The position numbers and the translations under genes are program-made. Below, one piece after another: positions 29,239-38,727 of a stretch of DNA of 64,000 nucleotides (within the stretch, counting starts at the first letter, position 1; each line of letters begins with the position of its first letter). Origin of the DNA: a virus (Duplodnaviria; Caudoviricetes). Below the pieces are notes generated by a model that saw only the letters and a list, made by a program, of their open reading frames with translations, ran no database searches and was not told where the DNA came from. Location of the stretch: positions 1,290-65,289 of the IMG/VR virus record IMGVR_UViG_3300020195_001430; one strand, 5' to 3'.

Positions 29239-29443
29239 GCCATAAAAGAGTCTGTTGACAGGAAATCCATGATTGGATAGACTTTATTGAGACGATTCCA
29301 TTAGTATGGGATGTTGCAATACAAACTCGATGGCACCCCATCGGCGGTTTAGGGCACCGACTGTTGCGATTGCGAAAATTAAGACTTTTGATCACTCAAC
29401 ACGATTTATGATGCTTTTGCAGCGATGAAGCCCATATTTTTAC

Positions 29444-30896
29444 CAGTCTTCGGAGCCGAAAGCCCCTACATCGTAGATGCTTGGTCACAAAGCGAGTGAG
29501 CGAAGCGAACGAGACTGCGACCAAGCCCTTTAGGGTAGGGGATGAAGGCGATGGACTAAAGATGGGCTTAAAAGTTTCTCTCCTTCAAAGCAGAGTGACG
29601 CTGGTCGAAAAGGACAAAAGCACCGTCCGCTCAGACTTTCTTGAAAATTGCCTCAGAAATCTGATGCGGCTACTCTATATAAGTTCGTGGGAGTAAATTA
29701 CACATATCGGTTTCGTCTTCGACCAACCGCTGAACAACAAACACTGCTTGCCAAACACTTTGGTTGCAGCCGATACCTCTACAACTACTTTCTCGCACGA
29801 CGCAAACAAGAATACCTCACCACTGGTAGGAGCAATAACTTCGTCCGTGACTGCAAAGAACTGACCGAGTTGAAGAAGACCGTCACTTGGCTCAAAGAAG
29901 TAAACAGCCAAAGCCTGCAACACGCCATCAAGAACCTCGATGCCGCCTACGGTAACTTCTTTGAAAAGAGAGCAAAGTTCCCGACCTTCAAGAACAAGAA
30001 CGGTAAGCAGAGCTTCCGTGTACCACAGAACGTCAGATTGGTAGACGGCAAGCTCGTCATCCCGAAGTTCTTGGAAGGCATCAAGTGCGTCGTCCATCGT
30101 GAAGTCAAGAAGGAAATCTCGTATTGCACGATCACCAAAAACAAGAGTGGACAGTATCACTGTACACTCTTGGTCGAGAAAGAGATCGAACATCACAAGC
30201 CAGTAGATAAGGAAGTCGGTGTCGATCTCGGCATCAAGACGTTGATCGTAGACAGTGATAATCAGCAGTATGCCAACATCAAGCCGTACCGGACGTTGAA
30301 GGCTAAGTTGAAGCGTGTGCAAAGGAAGTTCAGCAAACGTAAGGAGAAGACGACTGATAAGAAGTCGAAACGGATCGAGAAACTTCGTGTGAAGTTGGCA
30401 AGAGTACACCAGAGGATCAAGGACGTTAGGCAGAACCATCTGCACCAGACGACCAAGAAACTGATTGACGAAAACCAAGTCATTTATCTGGAAACACTCG
30501 CTGTCAAGAACATGATGAAGAACCATTGTCTTGCGGGAGCGATTGCCGACTGTTCGTGGTTTGAATTAACCCGACAGTTGGAATACAAGGCGGCTTGGTA
30601 TGGCAGGAATGTCGTGAAGATTGACAGGTTCTTCCCAAGTAGCAAGACTTGTAGCAGTTGTTTCTTCATCAAGCAGGACATGAAACTGAGTGATCGGGAG
30701 TGGATTTGCCCTGAGTGTGGGGTGAAGCACGACCGGGATCACAATGCAGCGAGGATGATCTTGTTGCAAGGTAGGAAAACTACGGGTGGAACGCCCGAAA
30801 GTAAAGCTCGCAGACTCAGAAGCAAACCGACTGAACTTTCAGTCGGCTGAGGATGAAGCGAGAAGCCCCGCCCCTTTAGGGGCGTGGGTAGTTCAC
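29444..30896 (+). mobile_element. IS200/IS605-family element carrying tnpB only (IS1341-type, non-autonomous)
   Basis: Left end: TTAC (29440-43), AAAG at +16..+19, then a CCCCTAC/GTAGGGG hairpin, matching IS608 geometry. Right end: GAAG, a GCCCC/GGGGC hairpin, and terminal TCAC (30893-96). No tnpA. Confidence 0.85.
29687..30850 (+). CDS. tnpB: RNA-guided endonuclease TnpB
   Basis: HTH (YRFRLRPT..Q...L...FG..RYLYN), RuvC D (GVDLG), E (YLETL) and D (DRDHNAA), and CSSC/CPEC Zn finger. Confidence 0.95.
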   Translation: MGVNYTYRFRLRPTAEQQTLLAKHFGCSRYLYNYFLARRKQEYLTTGRSNNFVRDCKELTELKKTVTWLKEVNSQSLQHAIKNLDAAYGNFFEKRAKFPTFKNKNGKQSFRVPQNVRLVDGKLVIPKFLEGIKCVVHREVKKEISYCTITKNKSGQYHCTLLVEKEIEHHKPVDKEVGVDLGIKTLIVDSDNQQYANIKPYRTLKAKLKRVQRKFSKRKEKTTDKKSKRIEKLRVKLARVHQRIKDVRQNHLHQTTKKLIDENQVIYLETLAVKNMMKNHCLAGAIADCSWFELTRQLEYKAAWYGRNVVKIDRFFPSSKTCSSCFFIKQDMKLSDREWICPECGVKHDRDHNAARMILLQGRKTTGGTPESKARRLRSKPTELSVG

Positions 30897-30912
30897 AGAA
30901 ACCCAACAGGAG
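30770..30912 (+). ncRNA. predicted TnpB omega/reRNA; guide would be the flank AGAAACCCAACAGGAG
   Basis: Inferred from the established TnpB architecture (scaffold overlaps the tnpB 3' end and right end). The 5' boundary is approximate. Confidence 0.55.
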
Positions 30913-30919
30913 AGATTAC

Positions 30920-31822
30920 GTGAACTTGATGAAACCGTATGATGTTGCTCTTCAAGACATTCTTGAAAATGGAGCAGATCGAACCAACAAGCGTACCAAC
31001 ATCAAAACAAAATCCATCTTCGGGATGTGTAACAGATACCGATTGGACACGGACTACTTCCCGATCCTGACTCGCCGCAAGGTTTGGCCGAAGTCAGTTT
31101 TTGCAGAACTCATTTGGTTCCTCTCTGGAAGTACCAACAACGAAGATCTGAAAAAGGTCGGTTGCAATTTTTGGACTCCGTGGGTGGACCATGAATGGGA
31201 GAAGAAGAACGGATTTGCCGAGAACACGTTTGGCCCAGTTTATGGGTTCCAGCTTCGCCACTTCGGCGGCGAATATGGGAATGGATTGTCAAAGCAACCT
31301 CATCGTAACGATGAAGAAGATAAATCAACAAATGACTATGGCAAAGGCGGCTTCGACCAACTCGCTTGGGTTGTGAATCGAATCAAAGAAGACTCTTCTT
31401 GTCGTCGCACGCTCTGGACTCTGTGGAATCCACAGGACGTGGCTAAGATGCGTCTGCCACCATGTCACATGCTCTACCAAGTTCTGGTGGATGATGAACG
31501 GCGATTGACAGGCATCATGTATCAAAGAAGCTGTGATTTCCCTGTGGGTGTGCCAGCGAACATTCAGTTCTACTCAGCACTGACGATGATGATCGCACAA
31601 CAAACTGACTGTACTGCCCATGAGTTCGTTCACATGACGGCTGACAGTCACATCTATGGCGACCAGATCAAAGCAGTTGAGGAATACCTCACGTTGCCAG
31701 AGATCGAATCCCCCAAACTCAAAATCAGAAAGGCAAAGGACATCTTCAGCTACACGCCAGAAGACTTCGAGATCACCGATTTCAAGTCAGGACCAAAGCT
31801 TGAGATTCCTGTTGCAGTTTAA
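30920..31822 (+). CDS. thyA: thymidylate synthase
   Basis: ELIWFLSG, GPVYGFQ, LPPCH, YQRSCD, HIY and C-terminal VAV; RBS AGGAG. Confidence 0.97.
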   Translation: MNLMKPYDVALQDILENGADRTNKRTNIKTKSIFGMCNRYRLDTDYFPILTRRKVWPKSVFAELIWFLSGSTNNEDLKKVGCNFWTPWVDHEWEKKNGFAENTFGPVYGFQLRHFGGEYGNGLSKQPHRNDEEDKSTNDYGKGGFDQLAWVVNRIKEDSSCRRTLWTLWNPQDVAKMRLPPCHMLYQVLVDDERRLTGIMYQRSCDFPVGVPANIQFYSALTMMIAQQTDCTAHEFVHMTADSHIYGDQIKAVEEYLTLPEIESPKLKIRKAKDIFSYTPEDFEITDFKSGPKLEIPVAV

Positions 31823-31894
31823 TACCATGCTCACAATCGCTTTTTACGTCGGTCTATTCGCAGTTGGCTACTTTGCAGGCAGGGCTGATCGTTC

Positions 31895-32428
31895 ATGATT
31901 ACAATCCTAGTCGCTTACGACGAGGCCCGTGTGATGGGTCATGATGGTGGAATTCCTTGGAGGATCACTGAAGACTTCAAGCATTTCAAACGCATGACTC
32001 TGGGCAACCCTTGCATCATGGGCCGCAAGACATGGGATTCGCTTCCTGCAAACTACAAGCCTCTGCCAGACAGACCGAACATTGTTGTCACGAGGAACTC
32101 CGTTTTGCTGGAGAATGAGTGGTATCTCAAGCTGACAGCTTCAAAGAATACGGCTCCAACATTTTTTGAAGACAGTGTTGAAGAGGCCATTGATTTTGCC
32201 ACTGTCGCTTGTCCTAGAAAAGAGATCTTCATTATTGGAGGTGCTCAAATCTACCAATATGTCATGGAGAAGAAATTGGCAGATAGAGTTGTGGCTTCCG
32301 AGATCAAAGGTGTTCATGAGGGAGATACATTCTTCCCAAACCTGCCGCTTGAAGGCATGGAACTTGTGAAGTCCCATAAGATTCTCCAAGAATTCGATGA
32401 TTTTACAATCGTCGAATATGCTCTTTGA
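31895..32428 (+). CDS. folA: dihydrofolate reductase
   Basis: IPW..EDFKHFK, IMGRKTW, LPDRPNIV, IIGGAQIY and GDTFFP. Confidence 0.97.
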   Translation: MITILVAYDEARVMGHDGGIPWRITEDFKHFKRMTLGNPCIMGRKTWDSLPANYKPLPDRPNIVVTRNSVLLENEWYLKLTASKNTAPTFFEDSVEEAIDFATVACPRKEIFIIGGAQIYQYVMEKKLADRVVASEIKGVHEGDTFFPNLPLEGMELVKSHKILQEFDDFTIVEYAL

Positions 32429-32449
32429 AAAGTTTGTGTTCTAAAACTT

Positions 32450-32488
32450 AGAAGCCGCTGGTTAGCTCCAGCGGCTTTTTTCGTTTTT
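32450..32488 (+). terminator. intrinsic terminator
   Basis: AAGCCGCTGG/CCAGCGGCTT hairpin plus T-tract. Confidence 0.85.
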
Positions 32489-32523
32489 ACACTCTCATAA
32501 GTTGCATTCAGAAAGGACTACAA

Positions 32524-33888
32524 ATGCAACTATTGAAAGAGTTCCTTCAAAAGAACAGAGAAAGAAAGCTTAAGATCCATTGTGTTGGCGATGCAATGAT
32601 CGACGAATACTATGACGTAAAAGTCAATCGTATAAGTCCAGAGTTCCCAATGCCAATCATGTGGTCTTCTAACAATTGGCCCATCAGGCGACCGGGCGGT
32701 GCCGCCAATGTTGCTTACCAATTCAGGCACTTCAATGTAGAGCCACTACTTGTCTGTTGGTGTGATGATCTTGGAAGAAGCGTTTTTACAGATCATCAGA
32801 TTCGGTGGAGCCACGCTCTTGCTTCTGAATGTTGCACTCTGCCAGTCAAAAAGAGATTCTTAGATAATGGTGTTCAAGTTGTTAGGCATGATATTGAGAC
32901 GCCTCTATGTGGATTAGATGAACATGTTGTTGATTTTGCCACAACTCAGATAACAACAATTATCCAAAAGACATTCAGACCAGATGTGGCCATATTATCT
33001 GACTACAATAAGGGTTTCTTCTCAAGTGAAGAGTATCGAGTGCTGGATTACTACAGAGATGTAACGACCATTGTAGACCCCAAGAAGGGTCCGCTGTCGA
33101 AATGGAAGGGATGTACGATATTCAAGCTGAACGACAAGGAAGCTCTGGAGTTGTCTGGCAGGACGAATTGGAAAGAGCAAGCCAAGCAACTCCAAAATGA
33201 ATTGGAGTGTGAAGCTGTTGTGATCACGTTTGGCGGCGATAGAGTGTCTGGTGTTTGGAACGGAGACTTCTTCAATTTCAAACCAGAACATTCTGTAGTT
33301 GTCGAAAGTGTTGTTGGAGCAGGAGATTGCTTTGCCGCTTTCTTCTCAATGGCAATTGGCCATGGATTCTGTGTGCCAGAGGCCGCAGAGATCGCTTGGT
33401 ATGCAGGTTCCAACTACGTCAAGAACAGAAGAAACAGACCCATAGTCCCAGCCGAGTTGGACCCAACTGGAGTTGTAGATCCAGCCGATTTAGAGAACCG
33501 TGATTTCAAGTTGGTGTTCACAAATGGATGCTTCGACCTTCTGCATGAAGGGCACATCAAAACTTTGGAGTTCGCCAAGAGCAAAGGCGACAAGCTTGTT
33601 GTGGCGATCAATTCAGATGACAGTGTGAAGAGGCTTAAAGGCGAAAATCGACCTATCAAATCACTCGATCAGCGGATGGCGGTGATGAGTGCTATGAAAG
33701 CGGTCGATTTTGTTGTGTCTTTTGATGAAGACACGCCATTGGAATTGATCAAAAGAATCAAGCCCGATGTTCTTGTCAAAGGACAAGACTATAAGGAAAG
33801 TGAAATTGTTGGAGCAGACTTAGTTTCAGAAGTGTATCGAGCACCAATTATTAAGGGCTTGAGCACCTCTGGATTCCTTAAGACTTAA
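32524..33888 (+). CDS. hldE: bifunctional ADP-heptose synthase HldE/RfaE (kinase plus adenylyltransferase)
   Basis: VGDAMID, RISPE, GGAANVA, SDYNKG, VDPK and GAGD; then FTNGCFDLLHEGH, NSDDSV..LKG..RP and LVKG.DY. Confidence 0.92.
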   Translation: MQLLKEFLQKNRERKLKIHCVGDAMIDEYYDVKVNRISPEFPMPIMWSSNNWPIRRPGGAANVAYQFRHFNVEPLLVCWCDDLGRSVFTDHQIRWSHALASECCTLPVKKRFLDNGVQVVRHDIETPLCGLDEHVVDFATTQITTIIQKTFRPDVAILSDYNKGFFSSEEYRVLDYYRDVTTIVDPKKGPLSKWKGCTIFKLNDKEALELSGRTNWKEQAKQLQNELECEAVVITFGGDRVSGVWNGDFFNFKPEHSVVVESVVGAGDCFAAFFSMAIGHGFCVPEAAEIAWYAGSNYVKNRRNRPIVPAELDPTGVVDPADLENRDFKLVFTNGCFDLLHEGHIKTLEFAKSKGDKLVVAINSDDSVKRLKGENRPIKSLDQRMAVMSAMKAVDFVVSFDEDTPLELIKRIKPDVLVKGQDYKESEIVGADLVSEVYRAPIIKGLSTSGFLKT

Positions 33889-34060
33889 CGCTGCAAGTGC
33901 AGTTCTTGCACTTGCATTCTCCGCAAACATTACCACAGCAGCACTTGCCGCCTTTGCTGCATTCGCAACCTGCTTTACAGCAATTGCAACAGTTGCAGTG
34001 GCATCCAACAAAACAAACACAAAGGGCAACGCCCAACACAAACGAAAGAAGATATTTCAT
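33878..34060 (-). CDS. exported Cys-rich metallothionein-like peptide
   Basis: RBS GAGG, hydrophobic leader, then dense CxC/CC/CCC motifs. Confidence 0.6.
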   Translation of the reverse strand: MKYLLSFVLGVALCVCFVGCHCNCCNCCKAGCECSKGGKCCCGNVCGECKCKNCTCSVKS

Positions 34061-34090
34061 ATTAGACCTCAGTTAGAGTATCATATATCT

Positions 34091-34369
34091 ATGCGTAATA
34101 AACTCATAAATAAAGTTGCCAAGAAGAAAGCCGAAGGCAAATGCTGCTTCTGTGAAGAAGAGGACTATGCTGTTCTTGATTGCCATAGAATAGTGCCCGG
34201 AGAAGAAGACGGCGAGTACACAGATTTCAATACGGTTGTTACTTGTGCTAATTGCCACAGGAAGGTTCATGACGGTCAAATAGTGATCGACAGGAAGTAT
34301 TTCTCAACAACTGGCCGCTGGGTTCTGCATTTCTGGCAAGACGGCGAAGAGAAATGGTTGCAGATTTGA
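34091..34369 (+). CDS. small HNH endonuclease
   Basis: CCFC...LDCHRI...GEY...N....CANCHRKVH. Confidence 0.85.
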   Translation: MRNKLINKVAKKKAEGKCCFCEEEDYAVLDCHRIVPGEEDGEYTDFNTVVTCANCHRKVHDGQIVIDRKYFSTTGRWVLHFWQDGEEKWLQI

Positions 34370-34379
34370 TAAATAAGGT

Positions 34380-34712
34380 ATGAAATTCAAAACATGGTTC
34401 AAAGAAACGGTCATGAATTCTGCGGGGAACGACAACCAGCCCACGCAAACGAATCAGGCTACAGATCAAGCTGCCAAATCTATTATGGGCAGCAAGGGCT
34501 TTGCTCCTGTCCAAAGCCAGCTTACAGCATCAACTGGAAGCCCTAGTGCTCAAAGAAGTCAGTTGATCAATACTGTAACTAAGGATTTCAAGTCGATTGT
34601 GCCTCCACAAATCGCTCCTTTGACATCTCCAGCCCCTGTGGCGTTCAACATTCAGAACTCACTGGGTTTGAAATTGGGCCTTCCAAAGCCACAATTCATG
34701 AAGAGGAAATAA
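34380..34712 (+). CDS. small protein with CTS-like N-terminus
   Basis: MKFKTWFKE; ATAAATA 4 nt upstream. Confidence 0.65.
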   Translation: MKFKTWFKETVMNSAGNDNQPTQTNQATDQAAKSIMGSKGFAPVQSQLTASTGSPSAQRSQLINTVTKDFKSIVPPQIAPLTSPAPVAFNIQNSLGLKLGLPKPQFMKRK

Positions 34713-34948
34713 TGAGATTCAAAGAATTTTTACAGACAGAACTTAGTGGAATGTTCGGAGACATCAAGACTGCAAACGGAGAACTAGGTCTGTTCCAAAA
34801 TCAAATAAAGGCTGCAAAACCTGTAAAAAACAAGGGAACAACAGTTGGAAGAATCATGTCAACTATGGTTAATCCTGTGATGCCAGCAAAGCCCACAAGT
34901 GGCATTGGTTATAAGCAACCACAATCAATTCGATCTGTAATCAAATAA
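34712..34948 (+). CDS. small protein with CTS-like N-terminus
   Basis: MRFKEFLQTE; coupled by TAATG. Confidence 0.65.
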   Translation: MRFKEFLQTELSGMFGDIKTANGELGLFQNQIKAAKPVKNKGTTVGRIMSTMVNPVMPAKPTSGIGYKQPQSIRSVIK

Positions 34949-35047
34949 TTTCTTAGAATACCTCTTGTGTTGATTTTCTTCTTTAGATATACTCGCTGAT
35001 GTTATGGGTGGGTTCGACTCACTCTTCTTCTAAAAAAGGGGTTTTCT

Positions 35048-37135
35048 ATGGAGAACACATCAGTCTTAAAGAAATTCGCAGATCTGTATGATCGTCGTGA
35101 GTTTCTTGCTCTTAACGAAGAGATGTCCTTCGCAGAGTATCTGGAAAAGGTACGGTCGAAACCAAAGCTGGCCAGAAACTCATTTCAATATGTCTACGAC
35201 ATGATCATGGAGAAGGGCACTAGCACCTTCGAACGATACCGCAAGACATATACCCGGTATCACTTCTTCAACGACAACGAGGTTCCTATCTTCGGTCTCG
35301 AAGAAACTCTTCAGGATCTCGTGGATTTCATCCATGGTGCCGCTGGCAACTATGGAACAGAGCGTAGAGTTCTGTTGCTGCACGGTCCTGTAGGATCGTC
35401 CAAATCCACAATCTGCCGTCGTCTCAAGAGAGGTCTTGAAACCTACTCTCGTTCTGAAGCCGGAGCGTGGTACACCTATAAGTGGGTGGGTCTCCCAACC
35501 GAAGCCGATGGTTTGAACCCGGCAGTTTTCACAGAGGCATCAGATGTGTCTCCGATGAACGAGAACCCTTTGAAGCTCATGCCAAAGAATATGCGTGATG
35601 AGTTCCTCAAAGAAGTCAATTCAGCAAATCACGAAATGTCCAGTGAAGAAGATCGTGAAAACATTTACAGGTTGATTTGTGATGGCGACTTGAACCCACG
35701 TTGCAAGTTGTTCATGAAGATGCTCTTGGAAAGATACAAGGGCGATTGGCTTCAGGTTGTCGAGAATCACATCGTTGTGATTCGCCGAGTCCACTCGGAA
35801 ATCGACAGATGCGGCATCGGCACATTCCAGCCGAAGGATGAAAAGAACCAAGACAGCACCGAATTGACAGGTGACATCAACTTCCGTCACATCGGAAACT
35901 ATGGTTCTGACTCCGACCCACGAGCCTTCAACTTCGACGGCGAATTCGAAGTGGCTAACCGTGGCGTATGTGAATTCATCGAAATGTTGAAACTCGCCAA
36001 TGAGTTCCTCTACGATTTGCTCGGCGTTGCACAAGAACACCAGATCAAACCCAAGAAGTTCTCACAGATCGTGGTTGATGAATTCATCATCGCCCACACC
36101 AACAACCCTGAATACGAGAAGCTCAAGAACAACCAGTTCATGGAAGCTCTTCGTGACAGAACAGTCAAGGTTGACGTGCCATACTTGACACGTTGGTCTG
36201 ACGAAATCAAGGTGTTGGAGCAGGATTATGGTCCGGGCAAGATCAAGCAACACATCATGCCGCACACACTGGAAATCGCAGCACTCTTTGCTGTGCTCAC
36301 CAGATTGCAGGATGACCCAGACGGCAAGATGGACTTGCGTGACAAGGCCAAATTGTACGATGGACGCAGCTTGCCGGGATGGACAGAAGATTCTGTCAAG
36401 GAACTCCGAGACAGATTCGTCGATGAAGGTCTGACCAGCGGTGTGTCTGCTCGATACACACAGAGCGGTATCTCCAACTGTTTGGCTCGACACAAGAAGT
36501 ACGTCAACGTCTTCCATGTCATGAGCGAACTCAAGGAAGGTCTTGGAGCATCCTCGCTGATCAGCAAGGTTGAAGACAAGAAGAGATACGAATACTGTGC
36601 CGAGTTGGCCATCAAGGAACTGGACGAAATTCTGAAGAATGAAGTTCAGCGTGCCCTTGTCTCTGACGAGAAGGCAATGGAACGTCTCTGCAACAAGTAC
36701 ATCGACAACGTGATCTCCTATGTGAACAACGAACGTATGATCAATCCAATCACGAACCAGCCGATGGAGCCGGACGAAAGGTTGATGAGAAGCATTGAAG
36801 AGAAGGCTGACATCCCAGAACAGGGTTGTGATGACTTCCGTCGTAGCTTGGCGGCGTTCATGGGAACTCAGAGCCGTCGTGGCAAGGAATTCAAGTGGGA
36901 TTCCAACGAAGAACTCAAGAGGGCTATTGAGGCCAAAGTCTTCGAGGACATCAAGGACACCATCAAGTTGTCCACATTGACCAAAGAAGCTGCTGAGTTG
37001 GACAAGGATCTGCAAGAAAAAATCGACGCTATCAAGACTCGGTTGATCAAGCAGTATGGCTACAACATGCAGTCTGCCACAGACGTTCTGGATTACGTCA
37101 GTTCAATTTTTGCAAGAGGGGATATCTCTAAGTAG
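35048..37135 (+). CDS. prkA: PrkA/YeaG family AAA+ serine protein kinase
   Basis: LLLHGPVGSSKST, FQPKDEKNQDSTELTG, SDPRAFNFDGE...ANRG..EFIE, HTNNPEY and EALRDR. Confidence 0.95.
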   Translation: MENTSVLKKFADLYDRREFLALNEEMSFAEYLEKVRSKPKLARNSFQYVYDMIMEKGTSTFERYRKTYTRYHFFNDNEVPIFGLEETLQDLVDFIHGAAGNYGTERRVLLLHGPVGSSKSTICRRLKRGLETYSRSEAGAWYTYKWVGLPTEADGLNPAVFTEASDVSPMNENPLKLMPKNMRDEFLKEVNSANHEMSSEEDRENIYRLICDGDLNPRCKLFMKMLLERYKGDWLQVVENHIVVIRRVHSEIDRCGIGTFQPKDEKNQDSTELTGDINFRHIGNYGSDSDPRAFNFDGEFEVANRGVCEFIEMLKLANEFLYDLLGVAQEHQIKPKKFSQIVVDEFIIAHTNNPEYEKLKNNQFMEALRDRTVKVDVPYLTRWSDEIKVLEQDYGPGKIKQHIMPHTLEIAALFAVLTRLQDDPDGKMDLRDKAKLYDGRSLPGWTEDSVKELRDRFVDEGLTSGVSARYTQSGISNCLARHKKYVNVFHVMSELKEGLGASSLISKVEDKKRYEYCAELAIKELDEILKNEVQRALVSDEKAMERLCNKYIDNVISYVNNERMINPITNQPMEPDERLMRSIEEKADIPEQGCDDFRRSLAAFMGTQSRRGKEFKWDSNEELKRAIEAKVFEDIKDTIKLSTLTKEAAELDKDLQEKIDAIKTRLIKQYGYNMQSATDVLDYVSSIFARGDISK

Positions 37136-37144
37136 CATAAGCAC

Positions 37145-37184
37145 TTACGTCAATTCTTACAGATTTCTGTAAGAATTGACGTAA
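37145..37184. repeat. perfect 19-bp inverted repeat overlapping a TTGACG..TATAAT promoter-like site
   Basis: TTACGTCAATTCTTACAGA-TT-TCTGTAAGAATTGACGTAA. Confidence 0.85.
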
Positions 37185-37212
37185 AATTTTTCATACATAC
37201 TATAATGGTAGT

Positions 37213-38085
37213 ATGGAGGTGAATATGAAGACTTGCTATCGTTGCAAAAGAGAATTGTTAGAAGATCAGTTTGGGAAGAACAAAAGCAAACCGGGCGGTT
37301 TGGCTGACGAGTGTAAAATCTGTAAAAGCGAGCTTTGTAAAGAATACCAGAGTCGCAATAAAGACGAGATCAAGATTAAGAAACACAAGTATTATCTTGA
37401 GAACAAAGAGCAGATCTCAGAGAAGACCAGTCAATACGCCAAAGATCATCGTGAGTGGCACAATGCAAAAGGAGCAAAAGCCAAGAATAAACTAAAATCA
37501 GAAGTGTTCGCAGTTTATTCTTGCGGTGATCCAAAATGTAAAAGTTGTAACGAGACAGACATTGGCGTTCTTACTATTGATCACATTACTGGAAATGGGT
37601 CCGATCACAGAAGAGAGATTTTTGGGAATAGCAAACGGTGTGGATATCCATTTTATCAGTGGCTCAAGAGAAACAGCTACCCAGAAGGATTTCAGGTTCT
37701 TTGCTACAACTGCCAATATCGTAAACGATTACATGAGATGAGATCTGAAGAACAGACGCATCTCAAAGAAGTTAGAGCGGCATACGCCAGATCAGTCAAA
37801 GTTGAGTGTCTTGAGAGTTATGGTAGTTGCAAATGTGAGTGTGGCGAAGATGATGTTGTTGTATTATCGCTCGATCATGTGAACAATAATGGTGCTGATC
37901 ACAGAAAAGAAACCGGAACAAGAGGATATAATTTTTATATTATGTTGAGGAAGACAGGGTTCCCAAATGATCCGCCATTACAAGTTTTGTGTATGAATTG
38001 CAATATTAGGAAAAGAAATGTCAAATATAAAGAAGGAAAAAACGGACAAACAAATGACGGTTATGGTTCAACCTTCGTTATTTGA
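37213..38085 (+). CDS. HNH endonuclease with tandem duplicated HNH domains
   Basis: LTIDHI...FQVLCYNC and LSLDHV...LQVLCMNCN; N-terminal CxxC..CxxC. Confidence 0.85.
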   Translation: MEVNMKTCYRCKRELLEDQFGKNKSKPGGLADECKICKSELCKEYQSRNKDEIKIKKHKYYLENKEQISEKTSQYAKDHREWHNAKGAKAKNKLKSEVFAVYSCGDPKCKSCNETDIGVLTIDHITGNGSDHRREIFGNSKRCGYPFYQWLKRNSYPEGFQVLCYNCQYRKRLHEMRSEEQTHLKEVRAAYARSVKVECLESYGSCKCECGEDDVVVLSLDHVNNNGADHRKETGTRGYNFYIMLRKTGFPNDPPLQVLCMNCNIRKRNVKYKEGKNGQTNDGYGSTFVI

Positions 38086-38188
38086 GGTATTTGAGAAGAA
38101 GTGTCAGGAAGAACACAGGAATGTATCGGAAGTAGTTCGTGAATTGATATCGAAATATTCACAGGGCTGGAATCAGATCCCTAAATGA
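38018..38188 (+). CDS. ribbon-helix-helix (CopG/Arc-like) DNA-binding protein, 56 aa (not in the ORF track)
   Basis: MSNIKKEKTDKQMTVMVQPSLFEVFEKKCQEEHRNVSEVVRELISKY; RBS AGGA. Confidence 0.65.
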   Translation: MSNIKKEKTDKQMTVMVQPSLFEVFEKKCQEEHRNVSEVVRELISKYSQGWNQIPK

Positions 38189-38211
38189 AGAATTGACGTA
38201 AAATTTTTCAT
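38188..38211 (+). repeat. second copy of a 24-bp direct repeat (first copy 37171..37194)
   Basis: AAGAATTGACGTAAAATTTTTCAT, identical in both copies. Confidence 0.9.
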
Positions 38212-38293
38212 GCAGAGAAGACGATGTTGTCTTGATCATGTGAATGATGATTTAATATCCAAGTATGGTTTCAGTTTCCACAAGGTGTAATAT

Positions 38294-38527
38294 ATGAAAA
38301 ATCAAGTAACAAATAAGACTCGAAGAAATACATTAGTTAAATTTAATTTTGAAGATTTGCCTGTAGAATATCACAGCCAATATCCATTTTGTAAGGAAGA
38401 CATATTTCTGTTTTTGGGAGAAATCAAAAAAATGGATGGTCATTGCGTTGTAGCTACAAAGGATGGAAGAGTTATATGGGGCTACCATACAGATAATTTC
38501 ATTGTTCTTTCAGATGATGAAATTTAA
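38294..38527 (+). CDS. hypothetical protein
   Basis: 77-aa AT-rich ORF with RBS AAGG. Confidence 0.6.
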   Translation: MKNQVTNKTRRNTLVKFNFEDLPVEYHSQYPFCKEDIFLFLGEIKKMDGHCVVATKDGRVIWGYHTDNFIVLSDDEI

Positions 38528-38727
38528 GAAATTAAAGGAATAAAAAATGCCTAACAGCATACATGGAGCATGGCGATTAATTGGCGATTAATTGCAGATA
38601 TTTACAGATTTACAAAGACATGATAAAATCAAAGTAGACTGGTGTAAGTCAAATTTTTACAAACTCATTCAAATTAAATATAATGAGTTTGATTCAGTAG
38701 AAAAAATTATCTCAAAAGAGGTGTATT

